A program made the translations under genes and the position numbers. A stretch of 62,950 nt of DNA, filler included, from Folioceros fuciformis (lineage: Eukaryota), in NCBI GenBank assembly GCA_049999805.1. It is 4 parts of 4 records of this genome, joined end to end, with 100 filler letters (N's around TTAATTAATTAA, not from the genome) between each part and the next. Parts side by side here need not be neighbours in the genome. Positions count along the whole stretch, not along the records: positions 14,270 to 41,669 come from JBNGIO010006186.1; positions 41,770 to 59,678 come from JBNGIO010006187.1; 2 more parts are not named here. One strand, given 5' to 3'. Under the pieces are notes generated by a model. That model did no database searches. It was not told where the DNA came from and saw only the letters and a list, made by a program, of their open reading frames with translations. Of the stretch, positions 36,518 to 47,269 are shown piece by piece (positions within the stretch are counted from its first letter, which is position 1; every line of letters starts with the position of its first letter).

Positions 36518-38803
36518 ATGGCTTCGGCAGCGCAACGACTACGCTCCTTGCTGCGAATTTCTCCTGCTGCCTGCTCATTCTTTTCCTCAGCTGCCGTCCG
36601 GAGCGGCGTAAGGAGCCCAGCACTACCGCTTCCGAGAAAATGTGTGGTTGGGGACGGGTTTTCCAGCGATGGTCGTTGCCAGGAGCAGGAGCACCTGTGG
36701 CAACAATTTTTTTTGGACCCTTCCATGTGGTGGGACAACAGACGAGATAAGAAAAGCTCCCGTTCGCCTGACTTCCGCCGTAGGGGATCCGGCGAGGTGC
36801 TGTGGTTGAACAGTATGTCTAAGCCAGCTTGGGTTGATGAGCAGCTCCTCTCCTTGGATCTGGGGGTGGGTGCAGGATCGGAAATGGGCGTTGCAACCGC
36901 TGGAACCGTGAGCATGTTATGTCAGCAGGGAAAGCTTTCTGAGGCCGTTGGAGCACTTGAGAATCTGGCGCAGACAGATTCTGCTATTTCTCAGTCCCTG
37001 TTTTACAGTGTGCTGAAATTGTGTACAGAAAAGAAGGACTTGGTTATGGGGCGACGAGTCCATGATCTCGCTGCGAGACTTCGGTACGAGTGGAGTGCTT
37101 TCTTGGGGAACCATATCTTGCGCATGTATGCATATGGAGGTAGCCTGGAGGAGGCCTTGGATGTGTTCACCAGGGTGGCCAAACCAAATGTCTTCTTGTG
37201 GGTTTCCATAATCTCTGCTCATGCTAAGCACGGGAAGCCTAAAGAGGCCATACGACTGTACCATGAGATGCGCAGATCAGGAGTGAAGCCGAATGCTCAC
37301 GTCTTTGTAGCTGTCCTTCAGGCTTGTGCATTTGCGACCGACTTGGAATCCGGGAAAAAAGTGCATCGTGATGTGGTGCAGAGTGGCATCCCTACTAACT
37401 TGTTTGTTGGCAACTGCCTAGTGGACATGTATGCCAAATGTGGCGAACTGAAAGATGCACGCCAGGTTTTTGACAGCATGGCCACAAAGGATGTGGTGAC
37501 GTGGACGGTGCTGATTGCTGGGTATGCCAAATGTGGAGAACTGGAAGATGCACGCCGGATTTTTGACAGCATGAACACGAAGAATGTGGTGACATGGACT
37601 GCCCTGATAGCTGGGTATGCCCAGCAAGGGCTCGGCCATGAGGCGCTTGTTCTGTATGCCCAAATGGAGGAGGGACTCATTTTGGCAGACGACGTCACCT
37701 TTGCGTGCCTTCTTAACGCCTGTGCAAGCACTGGCGCTTTACAAAAGGGAAGGCAGCTGCACTCAAAGATTTTCGAAAGAGGACGGCTGGATCACGTAGG
37801 GGTGGGCAACTCCCTGGTGGACATGTATGCAAAATGTGGTCAACTGGAAGATGCACGCCGGGTTTTTGACAGCATGAGCACGAAGGATGTAGTGACATGG
37901 AATGCCCTGATATTTGGGTATGGTACTTGTGATGATGGCCGCAGAGCACTAGCTTGTTTTGAGGAGATGTTAGTTGCTGGTATTCAGCCTGATGGTGTAA
38001 CTTTCACTTGCCTTTTAGCAGCATGCAGTCATGAGGGACTGGTTCACGAGGGTCGCAAGTACTTCGATTCCATGGCTGAGCAACACGGCCTCAAACCAAC
38101 AATTGAGCATTACAATTGTATGATTGACCTTCTTGGGCGTGCCGGGCATTTACATGAGGCTGAGAACATGCTCTTATCATGCGGCGGCCAAAGTAATGTT
38201 GTGGGCTTGACGTCTTTGTTGAGTGCCTGCAAAAGTCATGGGGATTTAGAGAGAGCCATGTGGTGTTTTGAAAGCATTATTCAGCTGGACCCTCGGTGGA
38301 CGTCTGCGTACGTGCTCATGGCCAATGCCTATGCAGATGCAGGTAGGTGGACCGATGTGGACAGGATTGAAACACAGAGATTGTTAGCAGGAGCCAACAA
38401 GAAACCTGCAGTGGCGACCATTGAGGTGAACAAGCAGGTACATCGATTTCTGGTGGGAGAAAGGAGAGAGGATATTGCCCTTAAGGTTGAGAGCACGAAT
38501 GCACGCGTGAAGCAGGAAGGAGGGCACGTGCCTCACAGTAATTTGGTGTTGAAGCCAGTGGGTGAGAAGGAAAAGGAGGACGCGCTTTGTGGACATGCCG
38601 AGAAGCTAGCCCTGGCGTTTGGTCTCTTGAACACACCCAGTGGGACACCTCTGGTGGTAACGAAGAACCTGCGTATGTGCAGTGACTGCCACAGTTCGAC
38701 GGAAATCATGTCAAGGCTTGAACAAAGAGACATTGTCGTAAGGGATGGGTACCGTGTACATCGATTCGCAGCTGGGTGTTGCAGTTGTAAGGGTCGACCA
38801 TGA
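36518..38803 (+). CDS. PLS-class PPR protein (~12 motifs) with a GRP-type DYW:KP domain and an intact N-terminal PDF-like motif; likely start ATG 36518
   Basis: Presequence-like MASAAQRLRSLLRIS…; WQQFFLDPSMWWDNRRDKKSSRSPDFRRRGSGEVLWL; KKPAVATIEV, GHAEKLA, CSDCH, CKGRP*. Confidence 0.93.
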   Translation: MASAAQRLRSLLRISPAACSFFSSAAVRSGVRSPALPLPRKCVVGDGFSSDGRCQEQEHLWQQFFLDPSMWWDNRRDKKSSRSPDFRRRGSGEVLWLNSMSKPAWVDEQLLSLDLGVGAGSEMGVATAGTVSMLCQQGKLSEAVGALENLAQTDSAISQSLFYSVLKLCTEKKDLVMGRRVHDLAARLRYEWSAFLGNHILRMYAYGGSLEEALDVFTRVAKPNVFLWVSIISAHAKHGKPKEAIRLYHEMRRSGVKPNAHVFVAVLQACAFATDLESGKKVHRDVVQSGIPTNLFVGNCLVDMYAKCGELKDARQVFDSMATKDVVTWTVLIAGYAKCGELEDARRIFDSMNTKNVVTWTALIAGYAQQGLGHEALVLYAQMEEGLILADDVTFACLLNACASTGALQKGRQLHSKIFERGRLDHVGVGNSLVDMYAKCGQLEDARRVFDSMSTKDVVTWNALIFGYGTCDDGRRALACFEEMLVAGIQPDGVTFTCLLAACSHEGLVHEGRKYFDSMAEQHGLKPTIEHYNCMIDLLGRAGHLHEAENMLLSCGGQSNVVGLTSLLSACKSHGDLERAMWCFESIIQLDPRWTSAYVLMANAYADAGRWTDVDRIETQRLLAGANKKPAVATIEVNKQVHRFLVGERREDIALKVESTNARVKQEGGHVPHSNLVLKPVGEKEKEDALCGHAEKLALAFGLLNTPSGTPLVVTKNLRMCSDCHSSTEIMSRLEQRDIVVRDGYRVHRFAAGCCSCKGRP

Positions 38804-39200
38804 GAGGAATGAAAAACTAGCCAGTGCGATCCGACATCCTGATTATAAATGGGGATTCCCGCTGGGGCATGGTCATCAAACCTGAACTTCGGGCTTCCCT
38901 GTCCCACCTCGCGCTCTCTTAGGCGCATCATTCGCTAACTGGTTCGAGCATGTTGTTCTTGTCGGGGAAAATAACATAGTCGTAACGCTCGTTTGCTTCA
39001 CCTAACAAGGGCTTGACATGTCCGCCCGGACGGTATCAGATCTGGGTCGGCGGGGGAACTTGGAAAGATTTGACAGTCGAGTCCTAAAGATGTTTGCGAA
39101 TTGGCGGGCTTCTGCAATTGTGATCCGGCGCTATGCGGCCCAGCGGCTAGGAACTTGGCGCTCGTCTTGGGCAATTGGTTGAGGTCACAGCTGCCTGGCC

Positions 39201-40089
39201 ATGGCTTCGGCAGCGAGAGGCGTATCCTCCCTGCTGCGCCTGGCGGATGCTGCCTCCCCGTCTTCTGGCTCTGCTGCCGTCCGGAGCAGTGTAAGAAGCG
39301 CATTTCTTCCCCTTCCGAGGAATTGTGTGGGGGATACGGAGCAGGAGCCCTTGTGTCAGGACCCATCCATGTGACGGAACTACAGACGAGATGAGGCGGA
39401 CTCCCATTCGCCTGACTTCCGGCGTAAGGGGTCCGGCGAGGTGCTGTGGTTAAACAATATGTCTAAGCCAGCGTGGGTTGATGCGCATCTCGTTCCCTGG
39501 GACATGCGAATGGGTGGAGGATCCGAAATGGGCGTCGTGACGGCTGGAACCGTCAGACTGTTATGTCAGCAGGGGAGGCTTTCTGGGGCCGTTGGAGCCC
39601 TGGTATCTCTGGCGCAGACAGACTCTGCTATTTCTCAGTCCCTGTTTTACAGTGTGCTGAAATTCGTTACAGGATTTGGCTGTGGGGCGCCTAGTTCATC
39701 ATCTCACTGCCAAACTTGGGTATGAGTCCAATGCGTACTTGGCGAACCATATCTTGCGCATGTATGCTTGGGGAGGTAGCCTGGAGGAGGCCATGGATGT
39801 TTCATCAGGGTGGCCAAACCAAATGTCTTCATGTGGTCTTCCATAATCTCTGCTCTTGCTAAGCACGGGAGACCTAAGAGGCCATACGACTGTACCATAA
39901 GATGCGCAGGTCAGGAGTGAAGCCGAATGCTCACGTCTTCGTAGCTGTCCTTCAGGCTTGTGCAGTTGCTGCCGACTTGGAATCTGGGAGAAAAGTGCAT
40001 CGTGATGTGGTGCAGAGTGGCATTCCTACCAACTTGTTTGTTGGCAACTGCCTAGTAGACATGTATGCCAAATGTGGCGAACTGAAAGA
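39201..40089 (+). pseudogene. Truncated, frameshifted third copy of the PDF-PPR-GRP gene
   Basis: High nucleotide similarity to 36518-37455 with indels and stops (e.g. atgtgacgg for atgtggtgg); similarity stops after KCGELKD. Confidence 0.88.
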
Positions 40090-40098
40090 CTCGGAAAT

Positions 40099-40118
40099 CC
40101 TAAACCCTAAACCCTAAA
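40099..40118. repeat. Telomere-type repeat (CCCTAAA)~3 at the pseudogene breakpoint
   Basis: cctaaaccctaaaccctaaa read directly. Confidence 0.85.
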
Positions 40119-40942
40119 GCCCATCCTGGTCCCTTGTGTGCAACTTTCCAACTCCACAACTGTCATCCCGTCCCAATCTGCAACATTGCATGCACAAAGT
40201 GGGGCCCTGGTTAGTAAATGAGCACACAGGAATATGCACATCCAGGCAGGTAAGGAAGAGGAGTTACTTGCCTCAAACCAATATCTCCTTGGGAAACACC
40301 TGATGCCGCCCTTTGCTGACCACTAACTGCTTTTCTACCCCTTTGCTCTGTGTTGGAAAAGGTTGAAGAGTTCTGATGCTGCCTGTCAGTCACGTATCCG
40401 CAGGGTCAATTCTTCGAATACAGCTACTATTGCACGTAAAAGGAGGAAGAGGCAGATGTCCAGCTTGCACAGTTTTGCATAACCAAGGACCAGGGAAGGA
40501 AGTATTACCATATAGCTCCCGGAGACATAGCGTGCCTAGACTTGAGTCTGGCAGGTTTCGGAGCTGTTTCGCTGCAGCTCATGGTTGCTGTGATGGCACC
40601 CCACGTCTGGGTGGCAGGGATCGTTCAAAGAGCCTTTTTGGCTGCAAGTTTTAGGGCCCATCGACAAGGCATTCGGTGAAAGCAAGCCCGGAGAACGGAT
40701 GCATGCCGCAGACCATATAAAGCAGAACAGATGAGAATACCTAGTGCTCCTCACGAGAAAATTACCCTGCTGTCTCTGAAGCGGAGATCAACCCCAACAC
40801 ACGTCTGTCCACCCCGCAAAAGTATGGGTAGTGACATTCTGCTGTGGTAACATGTCCGATTCGTTTTTAGAATCTCCCTCTATTGAACCGACGGTTCGGG
40901 CTGTGCATGATATCGCATCCGACCTTTGACGTTATCCCTGCC

Positions 40943-41353
40943 CTACCTGTGCCTATACTCGGTGGAACATGCAGGTGAGTCTACCACCACTAAGTGCTTG
41001 GCAATGCCAATGGCAATGGCTATGGCCCTCATCAAAATATCTTCTTCAATGTAAAGCTTCTCCGCCTTGTCTGCTTCACCTAAGCAAACATACTCTCTAC
41101 CATCTTCTTCAGTCTCGCCATGGGCATTAACGCAAAACAGAAAACAATCGTCCTTTTCTAAGTCAGGATGCCTGAGACGGTGCTCCAACGTTGATTTCGC
41201 TTCCTTAAGATCGTCCACCGCACAAGCTATCTCAAACTTCCAGGGCACACCGCGGTGAAGAACGTCAAGTCGCCCTCTGTCTAGCTGTCCTCCATCTCTG
41301 CCTTTTTCTACACTGACCATCATTGCAAGACCTCGCCGGTGACCTTCATTCAC
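40943..41353 (-). other. Caspase/peptidase C14 p20-like reading frame (exon or pseudogene fragment)
   Basis: HRRGLAMMVS…RDGGQLDRGRL…KFEI…DCFLFCVNAHGE…GIAKHLVVVDSPACS follows the motif order of caspase p20. There is no ATG start and an upstream in-frame stop. Confidence 0.55.
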
Positions 41354-41669
41354 TCTTTCGTTTGAATATCATAGTTCCTTCCCTGACTTCAGTAGAGGCG
41401 GTCCCTGTGACTGACTTTGGATATGATGGTTCCTTCCCCGAGGTTCTCCACACACTCAGTCCTGATGATCCCTTCTACTAGTTCAAGTCCAGGATTCCCT
41501 TCAGGAGAAGCACAAAATGTTATCAGTTTCGCAACAATACTCTGCTGGAGAAATTCGATCGTTTGTCTGTGCTCTTGAGTGACGCCATCAAAATGTGAAC
41601 ACGATCACCAATGTCCCCGGTCTCCTCCCCAATATCCCCACTGCTCTCCAACAATACGTCCATACCATA

Positions 41670-41769
41670 NNNNNNNNNNNNNNNNNNNNNNNNNNNNNNN
41701 NNNNNNNNNNNNNTTAATTAATTAANNNNNNNNNNNNNNNNNNNNNNNNNNNNNNNNNNNNNNNNNNNN
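41670..41769. other. Artificial contig spacer
   Basis: N44-TTAATTAATTAA-N44. Confidence 0.95.
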
Positions 41770-42272
41770 TTGAAGAGGTGTGCGTCGCCCGCCCAGCATC
41801 CGTCGGGAAGCTGAGAACGCACCACCCACTCCAGCGCTGCAGGAAACTGCGGCCCCGCCCCGCCGCCCACCGCCGGCACCATCGCCACCCACGCCGCGTC
41901 GTACGGGCTCCCGGAGATCTCCCCGTCCCCGAGCGACTGCAGCATGCTCTTGATGCTTCGGATCAACTCCTGGACTTCAACCACCTCCGGATCCGGCTGC
42001 TCCACCTTCTGCACCTCCAGGTCGAGCGTGGCTTGTATATCTGCAGCCAGAGCTTGCAGTGGACCGAGTCCGAGAACCTGCCGAACTTGCTCCGCCTCAT
42101 GCTTGCCTCGTCCACTACTTCTCTCGATCGAACGCACAACGCTGCCCGCAACCTTTGTGGGTCGGCTTATTTGGTCTCGACTGCTCCACCCTGGTAGACA
42201 CACTCGGCGTTGCAGAAAAGAATTCCAAGATACCGCTGCAGCTCGTGAGGCACCCACTGCAGCCATTGCCAT
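41770..42272 (-). CDS. Diterpene synthase (CPS/KS-type), transit peptide and start of gamma domain; 3' part lost at the contig end
   Basis: IKSMLQSLGDGEISGSPYDAAWVAMVP…PQFPAALEWVVRSQLPDGCW contains variants of the SAYDTAW and QxxDGSW motifs; plastid-transit-like N-terminus. Confidence 0.88.
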
Positions 42273-42690
42273 CTTCAGATAGGATCGAGATTCAAATGGG
42301 TCTCTGCAGTGAGATGGGACGGAGATGAATTGGGACCATGCAGTGAGATGAGATTGAGATGAAATGGGCCTCTGCTCTGAGTGAGCAGATACCTGCTGTG
42401 TGCTGAAACATCAAGCTCTTGCTCATATATGGCATGGCCTTCTTGCGCATGCATTGCACACGCGGACAGGGGAATTAGAATTCCCAGGTTTCCTTGACTT
42501 CCTCGAAGACATCGCCTTCCTTCAAACTAACCAATTACCCGTCCTCTCTCCAACTTTCTATCCTTTGGAGGCTTTGAGTACAACAAGACGTGTGCAAGCA
42601 TATGGCGTTTCCTGTCTTGCACACACCCCGACTCGGAAGCGAATCTCTTTGAAGACCCTACGACACAAGCTTATCACCGGGGATTGAACC

Positions 42691-43560
42691 CTGGTGTCCA
42701 CTTTGCTACATGACGTCTCCCTGATTGCAGACCTGGCATTTCCTGACAAGTTGGTATCCACTTTGCTAAATGGCAACTTCTCATTACATACATGGCATTT
42801 CCTAACAAGTTGGTGTCCACTTTGCTAAACGGCAACTCCGCATTGTAAACCTGGCATTTCCTAACAAGTTGGTGTCCACTTTGCTAAACGGCAACTCCGC
42901 ATTGCAGACCTGGCATTTCCTAACAAGTTGGTGTCCACTTTGCTAAATGGACACCAACTTGCTAAACGGCGTCTCCCTCATTGCAGATCTGGCGTTTCCT
43001 AATAAGTTGGTGTCCACTTGCTAACCGGCGTTTCCTAAATAGCGTCTCCCTCATTGCAGATCTGGCGTTTCCTAACAAGTTGGTGTCCACTTTGCTAAAC
43101 GGCGTCTCCTAAATGGCGTCTCCCTCATTGCAGATCTGGCGTTTCCTANNNNNNNNNNNNNNNNNNNNNNNNNNNNNNNNNNNNNNNNNNNNNNNNNNNN
43201 NNNNNNNNNNNNNNNNNNNNNNNNNNNNNNNNNNNNNNNNNNNNNNNNTGCAGACCTGGCATTTCCCTAACAAGTTGGTGTCCACTTTGCTAAATGGCGT
43301 CTCCCTCATTGCAGACCTGGCATTTCACTAACAAGTTGGTGTCCACTTTGCTAAACGGCGTCTCCTAAACGACGTCTCCCTCATTGCAGACCTAGCATTT
43401 CCCTAACAAGTTGGTGTCCACTTTGCTAAATAGCATACCTCGCATTTCCCTCACAAGTTGGTGTCCACTTTGCTAAATAGCGTACCTCGCATTTCGCTCA
43501 CAAGTTGGTGTCCACTTTGCTAAACGGCGTCTCTCTCATTGCAGACCTATTACCTAACAA
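42691..43560. repeat. ~59-60-bp tandem minisatellite with an internal 100-N gap (43149-43248)
   Basis: Unit cagacctggcatttcctaacaagttggtgtccactttgctaaacggcgtctccctcattg repeated more than 10 times with small indels. Confidence 0.93.
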
Positions 43561-44205
43561 GGGCACCAGGTTTCTATAGTGAATGTGGTGGTGACAAACC
43601 CCACTCGAACAATCTGAGCGAGCACGTTGATACGCCCGGGTTGGGCAGTAGAAGGGACTACAAGGAAGACTTGCCAATATTGGCCCATGTAGCAAGATCA
43701 GTTTTGAAACAATGGGGCTATGGGTAAGGATTTTTCCAAGTTTTTAAGTCATACGCGAAGACCCACAGCACGAGCGGCGTAGGCCTTTCTGTATCTGGCA
43801 TGGTGGTATATTTCCAGCAAGGGATTTTAATTCGTATATGTCCAGCAAGGGATTTTAATTGTGCTACAAAAGTTTTGGCAAATATGATTTTTTGGACAAC
43901 ATCAAGTGCAGCCCAGTGATAAGTAGGCCATACCTTATACCTAAATGTGATAAGAAGGCTTTACCTTATACCTAAATGATCTTTGGGGATCGAGGGGTTA
44001 CGTCTCATTCTTATTTTTCCCCATTGTGGGTTATTCCTCTTGTCAGAGAGTAGGTGAAACTTCATCTATTTTTTTCCTTTCTGTAAAGTCTTCATGTTAC
44101 CCTTTCCTAACCAGGAGCCCACCACTATGCTACTTGGGTTGCTAAAATGCCATGTGGATCACTAGAGCCACGGCCTGTTCAGTTCGGAAAGAAGTTGCAA
44201 GTCCT

Positions 44206-44407
44206 GTCCTTAGTGGACTTGGATAAAATTCTTCACCTCCCTACGCGTGAGAAGCAGTCCTTAGTGGACTTGGATAAAATTCTTCACCTCCCTACGCTTG
44301 AGAAGCAGTCCTTAGTGGACTTGGATAAAATTCTTCACCTTCCTACGCTTGAGAAGCAGTCCTTCGTGGACTTTGGATAAAATTCTTCACCTCCTTCACT
44401 TGAGAAG
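44206..44407. repeat. 51-bp tandem repeat, 4 copies
   Basis: gtccttagtggacttggataaaattcttcacctccctacgcttgagaagca starting at 44206, 44257, 44308 and 44359. Confidence 0.92.
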
Positions 44408-44984
44408 GAGGTGACGGAACTTTCCCATGTCTGGGAAGGTCGGGAAATCTTAAGAGACCGGAAACTATTATGAGGAATGTTTATTATGGACTAGAAATTA
44501 AATGCGGGGCGCAACGCAGCTCGATGGAAGCCCAGATCTTCATAGCATTGCGTACTCCCTAAATAGCCGCATCTTCCTGAGGCTCTGAAAAGTTTCGGGG
44601 GCCATTGTCAGCGTGGTGCACCCCCGGAATCTGGGAAAAGGTGGAGTGCCATTGCAACCTGCCAACCTGCACATGCTACAGCGACACTGGATTCCTCGTT
44701 TCGTTTCCTCTAAAGCGAATTGCGACAACGTTCAGTGGGACGTGCGCGTCTCCTATCTAAACGCGGTGCAGGAGATGCGCGCTCAGCCTGGTTAGATCTG
44801 GAGGCTTGCAAGTACGAAAAATTCCCCGCTGGCCGCACATGTGCGCCGGTATATGTGTACCGATCAGCAGGCTGCAGCGATAGGCGAGTACATCAGAGCA
44901 TTTGTTACAGGTTGATCTGGACACAGCCCTTGGCTTGCCTTGCTTGCTGGTTGTGGAGGATAGGTCTGTGTGCCTGCGCTGTTG

Positions 44985-47269
44985 ATGAGCGTCGCTGGTA
45001 CTAGTGCAATGAAAGGCGTTGTGGAGCCAGAAATTGTGCCACAGGCCCATCGACATCCTGTGTTTCTGCAACTCACCACCTTGCTTGCAGCTTTAGTAGT
45101 GCTCGTGTCTCTGCTCTCCATTCTGCGGAACAGGAGGCGGTCCAACCTGCCGCCGAGTCCGCCAGGGGTGCCAGTGTTTGGCAACTTGGGGGTGTTCGTA
45201 AGCACCAGTCTGCCGCATCAGAAGATTACCCAGCTGGCGCACAAGTATGGGCCAATCATGTCTCTCAAGCTGGGAGCCAAGCTGGCCATCGTTGTCAGTT
45301 CTCCGGAGATGGCCAAGGAAGTTTTCAAGAACTACGACAAAGAGTTCGCTGATCGTCCCCAGTCGACATTCAAGGACGTTGCCTGCTACGGCGACCATTG
45401 CATGCCATTGCTCGAGTACGGGCCTAACTGGCGGAATCTCAGGTACAGTTCCCATTTGTCTGCTAGCCTACATCATTCCACGTTATGTGGCTGTCTCTCA
45501 AGCGCGCGCGCATGGCATAGATCTATCCATGTTATTACCTAGCCTAAGCCGGCAGATGCACGACCAATTTAGTGATCACCAATCAACAATGTCACCGCCC
45601 GCCTATCGCGACCTGCAGGAAAATTGTGACCTTGGAACTCCTTACTGCTAAGAGGATTCAACAATTTGAGGAGGTGAGGAGGGAGGAGGTGTCGGGCATC
45701 ATTCGTTCCATTCTGGAGGACAGTCGAAACGGGGAACATGTCGACATGGACAAAATGACCACCTACGTGATCATGAACATCGCTACCCGCATTCTCATGA
45801 GCAAGCGATTCTACGCCTACAGCAAGGAGTCCAGAGAATACCAAGCCGCCGGCCGTGAGGTATATAGTGCACCAGCTTTCAATATGTACGCTTGTCATCT
45901 CAGTTTCCAAAGACTGCTTCATGAGGAGTAGACATCCCAGGATCCCATCTTGCCACTTGAGTCGATCGCATCTGCGGCATGATCAAACACAACTGCCTCT
46001 AGATAGATCTCGTTCTGATATAATTTGATCGGATGCCCGGAAGAAAAATCAGACTGAGGACCTGAGCGACGAGTTCAAGAGGCTTGTAAGCGAAGTGGCT
46101 TCATTGGCCAGCGTTCCTCTCATTGGGGATGTCATCCCCTACCTGAGATTTCTGGATCGGGTGCAAAACCGCAAGAGCAAGATGGTCAAAGTCCACAACA
46201 GGTACGACTCGTTTCTGGATGGAATTCTGAAGGAGCATCGAGACACCCGGGCCGCGCACGTCGGCGAGCCCCGAGATTTCGTTGATGTTTTGCTCGATCT
46301 GCCGCAAGAACCAGGAGAAAACGAAGAGGTCCGCGACGATCGCATCAAAGCACTTGTCATGGTACGAATATGGACGCCTGTCATCGTGCATGAATAAAGT
46401 TGTCGTTACTTTCGTTGAATGCAGTGATCTGTGATACTACTTCTTGACTGACTGCATACAAGTATATAATTATGCATACATTGGCGGCCTGCAGGATATG
46501 ATCAACGCAGGAGTGCACTCCACCAGCCTGTGCCTGGAGTGGGCCATGGCAGAGCTCATCCGAAATCCTGGTGTCATGGAGAAGCTGCAGGCTGAAATTG
46601 ACGGAATCGTGGGTCGCCACAGGCAGGTGACGGAAGCCGACGTTGCTCACGCCAGCTACCTGCACGCTTTCTTGAAGGAGGTGCTGAGACTCCACCCTCC
46701 TGGACCACTGGCAATTCCTCGTCAGTCTAATGAATGGTGCAAGGTTGCCGGGTACGACATCCCCCCCAACACCCAACTCTTCCTCAACGTCTGGGGCATC
46801 TGCCGGGACCCCACGGTATGGCCAGACCCGCTTCACTTCCAGCCTGAACGATTCCTTACCAGGTAATCTATTGATGTTAACTCTTGCACTAGCAGTGTGT
46901 TCTTCACCAGTATCTCGTTTCTCAACCTCGAATCCCAGACCTCTCAGCGTGTCTGAATGACAAGATTGATAAAACGAAAACTAAGTTACTGCAAGACTTG
47001 CTTTGGCTTGCAGTAACATCGACTTCAAGGGCCATCACTACGAGTTTCTACCCTTTGGAACTGGCAGAAGAGGGTGCCCGGGGATGAACATGGCCTTGAT
47101 TCTGCTGGGCTACACTTTGGCCAGGCTTGTGCACAGCTTCGACTGGGCTCTTCCAGATGGACAAAACCCCCAAGACTTGGACATGACCGAGAAATTTGAG
47201 CTGGCCCTCCCCAGAGCTCAACCTTTGATTGTAGTCGCAACTCCTCGACTACCGCATCATCTGTTCTAA
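44985..47269 (+). CDS. Cytochrome P450, CYP71 clan; exons ~44985-45442, 45619-45859, 46053-46361, 46495-46862, 47014-47269
   Basis: TM anchor plus LPPSPPG, WRNLRKI, KEVLRLHPP (ExxR), FQPERF, PFGTGRRGCPG; atypical I-helix AGVHST. Confidence 0.92.

Noticed and set aside
42691-43560. CRISPR-like array
   Set aside because: Units repeat end to end without unique spacers, there are no cas genes and the context is eukaryotic; it is a minisatellite.
43620-43727. hAT dimerisation-like fragment (LPILAHVARSVL)
   Set aside because: Too short, and no terminal inverted repeats or other transposase motifs were found.
44147-44380. LRR-like ORF with a 17-aa repeat
   Set aside because: It is simply the translation of the 51-bp tandem repeat and frameshifts in the fourth copy.
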